Below, piece by piece: positions 1-6,988 of a DNA stretch of 55,733 nucleotides. Made by a program: the position numbers and the translations under genes. Every line of letters begins with the position of its first letter. Position 1 is the stretch's first letter. The stretch comes from an uncultured Candidatus Saccharibacteria bacterium (GTDB lineage Bacteria; Patescibacteriota; Minisyncoccia; UBA6257; JAGOQP01): the NCBI GenBank assembly GCA_964420205.1, contig CAYQSO010000003.1, positions 22,828 through 78,560 of the forward strand, read 5' to 3'. Under the pieces are notes generated by a model, which was not told the DNA's origin, made no database searches, and saw nothing but the letters and a program-made list of their open reading frames with translations.

Positions 1-2
1 AG

Positions 3-98
3 AATAAAGAACAGATTTGTTCACATACTATGTTTAATAAAGAAGTGTTAGAAATATTATATAGAATAGATAAGTTACGTACTAGTATAAACTTCTAA
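3..98 (+). CDS. 3' end of an ORF entering the window (partial)
   Basis: Frame open from window edge to TAA 96-98; too short to classify. Confidence 0.3.
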   Translation, partial: NKEQICSHTMFNKEVLEILYRIDKLRTSINF

Positions 99-176
99 GG
101 AAAGAGGAGAAAACAAATTCCTAGCTAATATTCATACGCATGCATATATTCACTCCTAATCATAATTCAGCTAGGT

Positions 177-218
177 AAGTAACTACTATATAATAAGATA
201 TATAGTAGTTACTTTTTT
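177..218 (+). terminator. Rho-independent terminator
   Basis: Perfect 16-bp stem aagtaactactatata / tatatagtagttactt (177-192, 199-214), 6-nt loop, then TTTT. Confidence 0.7.
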
Positions 219-240
219 CTTTATTGTGTTTTTATTGTAC

Positions 241-290
241 AATAATAGTTAATATATTATGTATTAATAATAGTTAATATATTATGTATT
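241..290. repeat. 25-bp repeat, tandem doublet 1
   Basis: AATAATAGTTAATATATTATGTATT twice, perfect and head-to-tail; core TAATATATTA is a 10-bp palindrome; lies 45 bp upstream of the RHH gene. Confidence 0.95.
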
Positions 291-334
291 AAGTTATATT
301 TTATTTATGTATTAGAAAATAAGGAAAGTCTATT

Positions 335-574
335 ATGAGTAATAAAAAGAACTATACTTTTTCGTTAGATAAAGAAACGTATTCTTTGTTAGAAGAGATT
401 GTAAAGGAAGATAACCTTAAGAAATCAGAAGCTATAAAAGTTGCCTTAGAAAGTTATAAAATAACTAAACTCGATTTATCAAGACAAGCAATTATTAAAT
501 CAATTAAAGCTAACTGTGTAAATTTACATAATCAAATAATAGAAGATTTAAAGATTATTAAAAATAATAGTTAA
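335..574 (+). CDS. Ribbon-helix-helix (CopG/Arc-like) DNA-binding protein
   Basis: 79 aa; N-terminal YTFSLDKETYSLLEEIVKEDNLKKSEAIKVALESY fits beta-strand/helix/helix RHH pattern; aagga SD upstream. Confidence 0.6.
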   Translation: MSNKKNYTFSLDKETYSLLEEIVKEDNLKKSEAIKVALESYKITKLDLSRQAIIKSIKANCVNLHNQIIEDLKIIKNNS

Positions 575-612
575 TATATTATATATTATTAATAGTTAAT
601 ATATTATATATT
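563..612. repeat. 25-bp repeat, tandem doublet 2 (variant ...TATATATT)
   Basis: aataatagttaatatattatatatt + attaatagttaatatattatatatt; overlaps the stop codon of the RHH gene. Confidence 0.9.
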
Positions 613-644
613 AATAAAAATACAATAAAGAAAGTATAATAATA

Positions 645-779
645 ATGATGATGGAAATTAATATAAAACCTATTACATGGGTTGTAATAGGTTTTATATC
701 TGCTATATTATGGTTATTACTAATAGAGATATTTAAATTCTTATCAATAGTACTTACAAGTATTTTATCTCTTTTATAA
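645..779 (+). CDS. 44-aa hydrophobic mini-protein (putative)
   Basis: MMMEINIKPITWVVIGFISAILWLLLIEIFKFLSIVLTSILSLL; below track cutoff; weak SD; lies between repeat doublets 2 and 3. Confidence 0.35.
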   Translation: MMMEINIKPITWVVIGFISAILWLLLIEIFKFLSIVLTSILSLL

Positions 780-824
780 TAGTTAATATATTATGTATTA
801 ATAATAGTTAATATATTATGTATT
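775..824. repeat. 25-bp repeat, tandem doublet 3
   Basis: tataatagttaatatattatgtatt + aataatagttaatatattatgtatt; abuts the 3' end of the minus-strand HTH gene. Confidence 0.9.
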
Positions 825-1200
825 ATATTTCTATATCTTCTTCTGATATAGTATTGAATGCTTCTGTAATACTATCCGATAATTTGTTAAGTTGATTTAA
901 ACCTTTTAAATGTTTCCCTTTATCTTCTTCAGGAAATACTAATTTATCTATTTCATCTTTAATAAAAAGATAAGATATATCTTTATTTCTTTTTATACGT
1001 TTCTTAACAACGCAATGTTCAGGAATTATACCTCTACTTACATAATTATGTACTGTACCTTTAGTATATCCTAAATAAGTACATAATTCTTTTAAAGTTA
1101 AATATTTCGGCATAAATTCTTCACCTAAAATATCTAACTTCTTATAATAATGAAGTACCCATTCTAAACTATTTAATAAAACCCTTTGTGGAATATCCAT
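823..1200 (-). CDS. Excisionase/MerR-type helix-turn-helix DNA-binding protein
   Basis: 125 aa; YLTLKELCTYLGYTKGTVHNYVSRGIIP matches the HTH_17/excisionase-like pattern; the only credible minus-strand gene in the window. Confidence 0.6.
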   Translation of the reverse strand: MDIPQRVLLNSLEWVLHYYKKLDILGEEFMPKYLTLKELCTYLGYTKGTVHNYVSRGIIPEHCVVKKRIKRNKDISYLFIKDEIDKLVFPEEDKGKHLKGLNQLNKLSDSITEAFNTISEEDIEI

Positions 1201-1274
1201 ACTATTATAATATAACTTAATTAAGTTTAATTTTGTTTAATTTATTGAGTTTCAAGTTCAGATTTAGGTTCAAG

Positions 1275-1350
1275 TTCAGGTTCAATTTAATTTAGATAGT
1301 TGTTGTGATTAAAAAATTTTCAAAACAATCTAAATTGAACTGAACCTGAA
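1275..1350. repeat. Imperfect inverted repeat in divergent intergenic region
   Basis: ttcaggttcaatttaatttagat (1275-1297) vs atctaaattgaactgaacctgaa (1328-1350); preceded by direct repeats (g/t)ttcaagttcag at about 1250-1261 and 1268-1279. Confidence 0.7.
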
Positions 1351-1351
1351 A

Positions 1352-1406
1352 TTTTACTTAACATTTGGTAAATCATTGATTGAAGAAATTAAAAATATGA
1401 AAAAAG
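1352..1406. repeat. Left copy of about 55-bp direct repeat (5' region of gene 4513 duplicated)
   Basis: ttttacttaacatttggtaaatcattgattgaagaaattaaaaatatgaaaaaag matches 4441-4521 apart from a 27-nt insertion and a few mismatches. Confidence 0.8.
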
Positions 1407-1699
1407 GGTATAAATATTTGGACTTGCCCATCCTACGAAACTTTCTTTTGGTTCTTAAAAGAACAAATCATGTTCATTTTAAAGTAGACCATCAAAAAAT
1501 GTATGCCGATGGCGATGGCGACATACATACAAATAACATAGAACCCTTCTGGGCAACATTAAAGCGTGGTATCTTAGGGATTTATCACAAAGTATCTATT
1601 AAATACATGCAGAATTATGTAAATGAGTTCTGTTTTAGATACAACAACAGAAATACAAATATGTTCGACTTAGTTTTAAGTCAGAGTGTATTAAATTAA
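1376..1699 (+). pseudogene. IS1595-family (ISXO2-like) transposase, C-terminal remnant
   Basis: HTNNIEPFWATLKRGILGIYHKVSIKYMQNYVNEFCFRYNNR matches the C-terminal DDE-region motif of IS1595 transposases. N-terminal zinc-ribbon and first catalytic residues are absent. The start region is borrowed from the 4513 gene repeat. Confidence 0.65.
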
Positions 1700-1708
1700 G
1701 AGTAAATA

Positions 1709-1737
1709 TTGACAACTGGTAACTTGTTGTTTATATT
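1709..1737 (+). promoter_or_regulatory. Sigma-A/sigma-70 type promoter
   Basis: TTGACA (1709-1714), 17-bp spacer, TATATT (1732-1737), 38 bp upstream of the methyltransferase ATG. Confidence 0.6.
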
Positions 1738-1775
1738 AAATGTAGTTTATAAGTAACATTTCGTGAGGACGTACA

Positions 1776-2639
1776 ATGGCATTAGAAGAAAGAGAATTAA
1801 GTTCAACAGAATCACAAAATATAGGTGTTTTAGAATCTATAAAACATTACTTGGGCGAACCATATTATAAAAATGATTTTGGTTTTATTTATAATATGGA
1901 TTGTTTAAAAGCAATGGAGTTACTGCCTAGTGAACTATTAAACCAAACCTTCACCAGTCCACCATATAATATTGGAAAAGAGTATGAAGCAATTATGGAG
2001 CTTGATGATTACGTTTGTTGGTGTAAAAAATGGATAAACGAAATTTATAGAATAACCAAAAAAAATGGTTCTTTTTGGTTAAATGTAGGTTATCTTAATG
2101 TTCCAGATAAAGGTAAGGCTGTTCCAATTACTTATTTTTTATGGGATATAAGTGAGTTCTATTTGCAACAAGAAATAATTTGGAATTACGGAGCAGGAGT
2201 CTCTGCAAAAAAAATCTTATCCCCAAGAAATGAAAAAATATTGTGGTTTTTAAAAGACCATAATAATTATATTTTCAATTTAGATGAAATAAGAGATAAA
2301 GATGTAAAATATCCAAATCAAAAAAAGAATGGTAAATTGAGATGTAACACAATAGGGAAAAATCCGTCTGATGTATGGCAAATAGCAAAAGTTACGTCTG
2401 GTAAGAATAGGAGTTCAGTAGAAAGAGTAGACCACCCTGCACAGACTCCAAGGGATTTATTGGACAGAATTATTTTAGCAGGTAGTAATAAAAATGATTT
2501 AATTTTAGACCCTTTTTTGGGTTCGGGTTCAACATTTGAGTCTGCTATTGCAAATAATAGAAAATTTGTCGGATTTGAAATTCGACAGGATTATTGCGAG
2601 ATTTCTAAAACAAGAATAGAAAACTTTATAAAAAAATGA
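1776..2639 (+). CDS. DNA methyltransferase, beta class (N4-cytosine or N6-adenine)
   Basis: 287 aa; motif IV FTSPPYNIG precedes motif I LDPFLGSGSTFESA near the C-terminus (beta permutation). SPPY favours N4-cytosine. No nuclease partner nearby. Confidence 0.8.
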   Translation: MALEERELSSTESQNIGVLESIKHYLGEPYYKNDFGFIYNMDCLKAMELLPSELLNQTFTSPPYNIGKEYEAIMELDDYVCWCKKWINEIYRITKKNGSFWLNVGYLNVPDKGKAVPITYFLWDISEFYLQQEIIWNYGAGVSAKKILSPRNEKILWFLKDHNNYIFNLDEIRDKDVKYPNQKKNGKLRCNTIGKNPSDVWQIAKVTSGKNRSSVERVDHPAQTPRDLLDRIILAGSNKNDLILDPFLGSGSTFESAIANNRKFVGFEIRQDYCEISKTRIENFIKK

Positions 2640-2688
2640 ATCAGCTAAAAAAGCTCAATTATCTTTGCTATAAATAACTAAAAGCTTA

Positions 2689-2721
2689 TTTCTTTTGAAA
2701 ATCATGTAGACAAATTTAATT
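2689..2721. repeat. 33-bp orphan copy of an internal segment of gene 4918..6360
   Basis: ttcttttgaaaatcatgtagacaaatttaatta is identical to 6096-6128 (coding DSFENHVDKFNY there); non-coding here. Confidence 0.85.
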
Positions 2722-2768
2722 AAATAGCTATATTAAAAAAGTAATTAGAAAACAGGAGTTAAAACAAA

Positions 2769-3305
2769 ATGAAAGAAAGAACTATTTTTAAAACATACGG
2801 ATTTTATTCTTCTAATTTTTTAGAAGAATTTAAAAAAGACATTATTGCAAATTTTGAAGAGATGGACAATAAAGAACTTGCGGAAGAATTAAAGCTAAAT
2901 GATGATAAATTATTAAATTATCTTTATGAAGATATAAACATGTTTTATGAAGACGAAAAAATAAATTTAAATCAAAAAACAGATAATAATATTATAGCTA
3001 TTGCATCCATGGGTTTATGGAACGGTAGAAAAACAGGCTATAAAATACTAGGCAATAACTTAAATGAAATATTGCAAAGTTTTTCATGTGAAGAGTTTAA
3101 AATATTTTATGATGGTTATAATATAAAGTTTGAAGGCTATCACCATGACGGCAATAATTATATATTATTTAGAGAAATTAAAAATTCTGATAATATAGAA
3201 TGTTTTACAGATTTAATTTATAATAATAAAAATTATTCAAATAACCAGTTAAACTATTATACAAAAAGTTTAAGAAGTTATGTAAAAAATATTTATGGAT
3301 GGTAG
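2769..3305 (+). CDS. Hypothetical protein
   Basis: 178 aa; caggag SD upstream; no family assigned. Confidence 0.7.
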   Translation: MKERTIFKTYGFYSSNFLEEFKKDIIANFEEMDNKELAEELKLNDDKLLNYLYEDINMFYEDEKINLNQKTDNNIIAIASMGLWNGRKTGYKILGNNLNEILQSFSCEEFKIFYDGYNIKFEGYHHDGNNYILFREIKNSDNIECFTDLIYNNKNYSNNQLNYYTKSLRSYVKNIYGW

Positions 3306-3517
3306 CTAAATAAAAGGGAAGGTAGAAAAACATGTATAAAGATCCAGCTATTAAACAATATTTATTTCATTTACATTCTGATATTAATAAATTAATTGAA
3401 GAGAACAGGATTAAAAAAGCAAATATAAAAAATAAGCCGATCTGAATATATAAAAGAATTAATAAAAACACTTGAAAATTAAGTAGTAAGTTAAAAACTG
3501 GGGGATATAAAAAAACA

Positions 3518-3685
3518 ATGTTTAAACACGGTTATTTGGTTTATACGTTATTTATAAGTAGTATTTTAATATTTATTGTAAATACAAAGGATATGAATGA
3601 ATATAATAGTAATTGTATAAAAACTACTTGCCATGTAGTTAACATAAGAGAAAATAAAGACGGTAGTCTTTACTGTAGTAAATAA
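3518..3685 (+). CDS. Small putative membrane/secreted protein (55 aa)
   Basis: MFKHGYLVYTLFISSILIFIV... hydrophobic N-terminus, 3 Cys; below track cutoff. Confidence 0.35.
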   Translation: MFKHGYLVYTLFISSILIFIVNTKDMNEYNSNCIKTTCHVVNIRENKDGSLYCSK

Positions 3686-3729
3686 TTAAAAAAAGAAATT
3701 AATATTTAAGAAAGAAAGAAGAATAAATT

Positions 3730-4305
3730 ATGATTAAAACAATTACTTACCAAGACATAATAAAATTAAACTCGTGTTATGACCCTATAGAAATAGGAAT
3801 GCCAGAAGATTATGAAGATACAATAGTTAATTGTATTAAAGAATATAGGGATAAAGTAAAAGATAAAAGTGATATTATCTGGTTATTTTGTAGATCAGCA
3901 TTTTTAAATAAAAAACAAAGAATATTATTTGGGATAGGGTGTGCTAGAGAAGCTTTAAAGTTGATTGATAATCCAGACCAAAGAAGTATAAAAGCTTGTA
4001 ATATTGCAGAAAAGTTTACTAATGGAGAAGCTACTCAAGAAGAGTTGAATGATGCTGTTAATGCTGCTTATGCTGTTAATGATGCTGTTGCTTATGATGC
4101 TGTTAATGATGCTGCTGCTTATGCTGCTGCTTATGGTGCTGCTTATGATGCTGCTTATGCTGCTGCTTATGCTGCTGTTTATGATGATGCTTATGACGCT
4201 GCTGCTTATGATGCTGCTTATGATGCTTATGCTGCTGCTTATGATGCTGCTTATGATGCTCAAATAAATAAATTATTAGAATTAATTAAAGAACATGAAG
4301 TATAA
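3730..4305 (+). CDS. Alanine-repeat protein, paralog A (possibly Imm5-like helical domain plus (A-A-Y-D)n tail)
   Basis: 191 aa; block CAREALKLIDNPDQRSIKACNIAEKFTNGEATQEELN is about 75 percent identical to 30231..30746. The tail is about 70 residues of AAYDAAYAAAY-type repeats (GCT-rich DNA, 4049-4260). Confidence 0.75.
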   Translation: MIKTITYQDIIKLNSCYDPIEIGMPEDYEDTIVNCIKEYRDKVKDKSDIIWLFCRSAFLNKKQRILFGIGCAREALKLIDNPDQRSIKACNIAEKFTNGEATQEELNDAVNAAYAVNDAVAYDAVNDAAAYAAAYGAAYDAAYAAAYAAVYDDAYDAAAYDAAYDAYAAAYDAAYDAQINKLLELIKEHEV

Positions 4306-4399
4306 TTATATAAAACAATAAAACAAAGGTAGCTAAAATTCAATTAATGTTTGATAACTTTCAGATTAATAGACTACAAAGGTAAAAAGAGTTAAATCA

Positions 4400-4432
4400 A
4401 TAGATAAATTGTTTTGAAAACAATTTATCTAT
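4400..4432. promoter_or_regulatory. Perfect palindrome (hairpin or operator)
   Basis: atagataaattgtttt g aaaacaatttatctat; no strong T-run after it. Confidence 0.5.
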
Positions 4433-4440
4433 AAAAGAAA

Positions 4441-4521
4441 TTCTACTTAACATTTGATAAATAATTTAAATATATTATATTTATATTATAAATCATTGAA
4501 GGAATTAAAAATATGAAAAAA
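4441..4521. repeat. Right copy of the direct repeat seen at 1352-1406
   Basis: ttctacttaacatttgataaat[27-nt insert]aaatcattgaaggaattaaaaatatgaaaaaag. Confidence 0.8.
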
Positions 4522-4851
4522 GAAAAAACCCCAATAAGAGTATACTGGTATGAAAATACACCTAACCAAAGCGAAAATATAGAAAGAGTAATAGATAAGA
4601 ACGGATACATTAAATATAACGGCAAGAAATACAAAGTATACTACAGAGAATCTGGAAAATTAGGGAAGCTAGCTTATATTATATTAAATAAGGACACTTA
4701 CTGGAATCATAGAGATAATAATTACGGTGGCTATATTACTGAAAATGATAAAGGTGAAAATACCCTTGCAGGAGGTAGTCTCGCAGGAGAGAGATTCGAA
4801 AATAATAAGGCTTTATCCTATAATAGATACGCTCATACTTTTGGAATTTAA
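4513..4851 (+). CDS. Hypothetical protein
   Basis: 112 aa; aagga SD upstream; no motif recognised. Confidence 0.65.
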   Translation: MKKEKTPIRVYWYENTPNQSENIERVIDKNGYIKYNGKKYKVYYRESGKLGKLAYIILNKDTYWNHRDNNYGGYITENDKGENTLAGGSLAGERFENNKALSYNRYAHTFGI

Positions 4852-4917
4852 AAATCTATATATATATTAACACATAGTGCAATAGAGTATTTTATTAATT
4901 AGAAAGAGAGATAAATT

Positions 4918-6360
4918 ATGATTAAAACTATTACTGAAAAACAGAGAAAACATTTTAAAAATCTTATAGAAGATACGAGAAATAATTATATAAATTTTAA
5001 TAAACAAGATAAAAATATAGCGAGAGAAACTATTAATGCTATTTATAATAGACTAGGAAAGGAAACCCCTATTATAATTTTCGCTAAGAACCCTTTAGAA
5101 CTTATTATTAAAGTAAATATATTAAAGTTAATCAGAAAGTTAGGTAAAGAGTTATACGAAGAGTTAGACGGAGAGTTAGATGGAGAGTTAGATGGAGAGT
5201 TATACGAAGAGTTAAGCAGAGAGTTAGACAGAAAGTTATACGGAGAGTTAGACATAGAGTTATACGGAGAGTTAGATGGAAAGTTAAGCAGAGAGTTAAT
5301 CAAAGAGTTATACGAAGAGTTAGACAGAGAGTTAGATGGAGAGTTATACGGAGAGTTAGACGGAGAGTTAAGCAGAAAGTTAGACATAGAGTTATACGGA
5401 GAGTTAGATGGAAAGTTAAGCAGAGAGTTAATCAAAGAGTTATACGAAGAGTTAGACGGAGAGTTAAGCGGAGAATTAAGCGAAGAGTTAGACGGAGAGT
5501 TAAGCGGAGAATTAAGCGGAGAGTTATACGGAGAGTTATACGGAGAGTTAGACGGAGAGTTAATCAAAGAGTTATACGGAGAGTTAGACAGAGAGTTAGA
5601 CAGAGAGTTATACGGAGAGTTAGACATAGAGTTAAGCGGAGAGTTAGAGGTCAACCCCCCCTTTTTTAAGTTTTATGTTGGATTATTCTGGAGATATTGG
5701 ATTTGTTATTATGAATTTGGAAAATATTTAGGTATTCAATTAAATCCAGAAAAATTTAATCTATTAAAAAACTTTGCTTATCATTGCCCAATTATAGCCC
5801 CTTACGAAAATGTTTGTTTTATATCTGAACTTCCTACGAAAACACATTTTAAAAACAAGGTACTTCATAAAGACAATTCTTCATGTATAGAATTTAATTA
5901 TACAAATAAAGCAAGTGAGTTTAAGTTTTATAAGTTTAATGGAATAACAGTACCGGAGTGGTTAGTTACTACTCCAGCAAGCTTACTTAGGCCTGAACAA
6001 TATAACGATATACCTCAAGATAGTAACGATGTTAAGGCAGAATTCATAAGGAAAATTGGTATAGATAGAATGATAGAGTTTGGAGAAGTAATAGATTCTT
6101 TTGAAAATCATGTAGACAAATTTAATTATAAATGGTATTCTTTAAGTGAATATAAAGTAATTGATATGCACAAACTTTTTCCGCATAAGTATTCTTACTT
6201 ACCTTATCTTTATATGAAAAATCAATCAACTAATATCTATCATTTAGAATGCGTTTACAATCCTGAGTTAAAACAACAACCTCGTACAATAATAGAAGCA
6301 TTAACAGTTAGAAATGGCGGGATAAATCCCGAAGATATAGATTATATATTTATTAAGTAA
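4918..6360 (+). CDS. Tetrapeptide-repeat protein: N-terminal domain, 42 x (x-E-L-x), C-terminal globular domain
   Basis: 480 aa; shares the MIKTIT start and upstream leader with 3730. The central 168 aa are acidic ELDG/ELYG/ELSR repeats. The C-terminal 235 aa are non-repetitive. Confidence 0.8.
   Translation: MIKTITEKQRKHFKNLIEDTRNNYINFNKQDKNIARETINAIYNRLGKETPIIIFAKNPLELIIKVNILKLIRKLGKELYEELDGELDGELDGELYEELSRELDRKLYGELDIELYGELDGKLSRELIKELYEELDRELDGELYGELDGELSRKLDIELYGELDGKLSRELIKELYEELDGELSGELSEELDGELSGELSGELYGELYGELDGELIKELYGELDRELDRELYGELDIELSGELEVNPPFFKFYVGLFWRYWICYYEFGKYLGIQLNPEKFNLLKNFAYHCPIIAPYENVCFISELPTKTHFKNKVLHKDNSSCIEFNYTNKASEFKFYKFNGITVPEWLVTTPASLLRPEQYNDIPQDSNDVKAEFIRKIGIDRMIEFGEVIDSFENHVDKFNYKWYSLSEYKVIDMHKLFPHKYSYLPYLYMKNQSTNIYHLECVYNPELKQQPRTIIEALTVRNGGINPEDIDYIFIK
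5146..5649 (+). repeat. In-frame 12-nt tandem repeat array (42 units, gagtta + variable hexamer)
   Basis: Counted from the translation KELY EELD GELD ... GELE. A higher-order block ...ELDIELYGELDGKLSRELIKELYEELD occurs twice. Confidence 0.95.
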
Positions 6361-6371
6361 AGGAGAAAAAG

Positions 6372-6710
6372 ATGAAAAAAAGATCAGCAGCAGGGTATCA
6401 TGGAGAAGTCTTCCCTATAAAAGTTGAGATCTTACCCCAAGGATTAACTAAAGTACAACCTGTAGAAGGCTATGTAGTTGTAGGAGAGTCTGAAACTACT
6501 GGAAACGACCATAGAGTTCGAATACAAGAAGGCGTAGAGTTCTATGAGAAAGATGGAATCCTATATATGAAAAATATAGTACCTGCTGAAATCTCTTGTG
6601 TAGTAAAGGAGAGACATGATAGTCACTTGTTACCTCCAGGATATTGGGAATTTAAAAAACAAATGGAATTCGACCCGGTAGAAGAAGTATTAAGAGAAGC
6701 AATGGATTAA
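6372..6710 (+). CDS. Hypothetical protein
   Basis: 112 aa; strong aaaggag SD; followed by a terminator. Confidence 0.75.
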   Translation: MKKRSAAGYHGEVFPIKVEILPQGLTKVQPVEGYVVVGESETTGNDHRVRIQEGVEFYEKDGILYMKNIVPAEISCVVKERHDSHLLPPGYWEFKKQMEFDPVEEVLREAMD

Positions 6711-6736
6711 GAGAGAGTTTTAACTCTCTCTTTTTT
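6711..6736 (+). terminator. Rho-independent terminator
   Basis: gagagagtt / aactctctc stem followed by TTTTTT. Confidence 0.75.
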
Positions 6737-6770
6737 AACAGAATTAATTAAAGGACATGAGGTATAATCT

Positions 6771-6959
6771 TTGTATATTAAAGTATTTATTAGGGTATTA
6801 TTTATTTGTAATCTTATCGCAAGTTTAATACTTATTTATACAGTAGTAGGCACTTTTTCTATTATTAATAGAGGTGAGTTAAAAATAGACCTTACTATTA
6901 CTGATAAAGTTATAAAAACACGGTATGAAATAGTTAAGTTGCCTGATATAATAGAATAG
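6771..6959 (+). CDS. Small membrane protein (TTG start)
   Basis: 62 aa; hydrophobic N-terminal half; gaggt 7 nt upstream of the TTG. Confidence 0.45.
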   Translation: MYIKVFIRVLFICNLIASLILIYTVVGTFSIINRGELKIDLTITDKVIKTRYEIVKLPDIIE

Positions 6960-6988
6960 AACTATTATAAAAAGAAAGGGGTAAGATA

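Noticed and set aside
241-824. CRISPR array as an explanation for the 25-bp repeats
   Set aside because: The repeats occur as abutting doublets with no spacer-sized unique intervals. The doublets are separated by genes (272 and 162 bp apart), and no cas genes are present.
823-1200. Integration/excision module (excisionase-type HTH implying a nearby integrase and attP)
   Set aside because: No integrase or recombinase ORF occurs anywhere in the window. The HTH protein alone is insufficient evidence, so it is treated as a regulator.
1776-3305. Complete restriction-modification system around the SPPY methyltransferase
   Set aside because: The neighbouring ORFs show no nuclease motifs (PD-(D/E)xK, HNH or GIY-YIG). 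2769..3305 is acidic and featureless, so the enzyme is treated as an orphan methyltransferase.
3955-4267. Track ORFs 3955..4263 (-) and 4049..4267 (+), poly-Ser/Ile and poly-Leu/Met translations
   Set aside because: These are alternative frames of the GCT-rich alanine-repeat DNA of gene 3730..4305. The low-complexity translations lack SD sequences and are nested in a better gene.
5043-5654. Track ORF 5043..5654 (-), 203 aa of NSP/NSL repeats
   Set aside because: It is the antisense reading of the 12-nt tandem array inside gene 4918..6360. It stays open only because the repeat unit lacks stop codons on that strand.
3730-6360. Diversity-generating retroelement as the source of the variable repeat tails
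   Set aside because: There is no reverse transcriptase and no template/variable repeat pair with adenine-specific differences. The variability is explained by tandem-repeat expansion.
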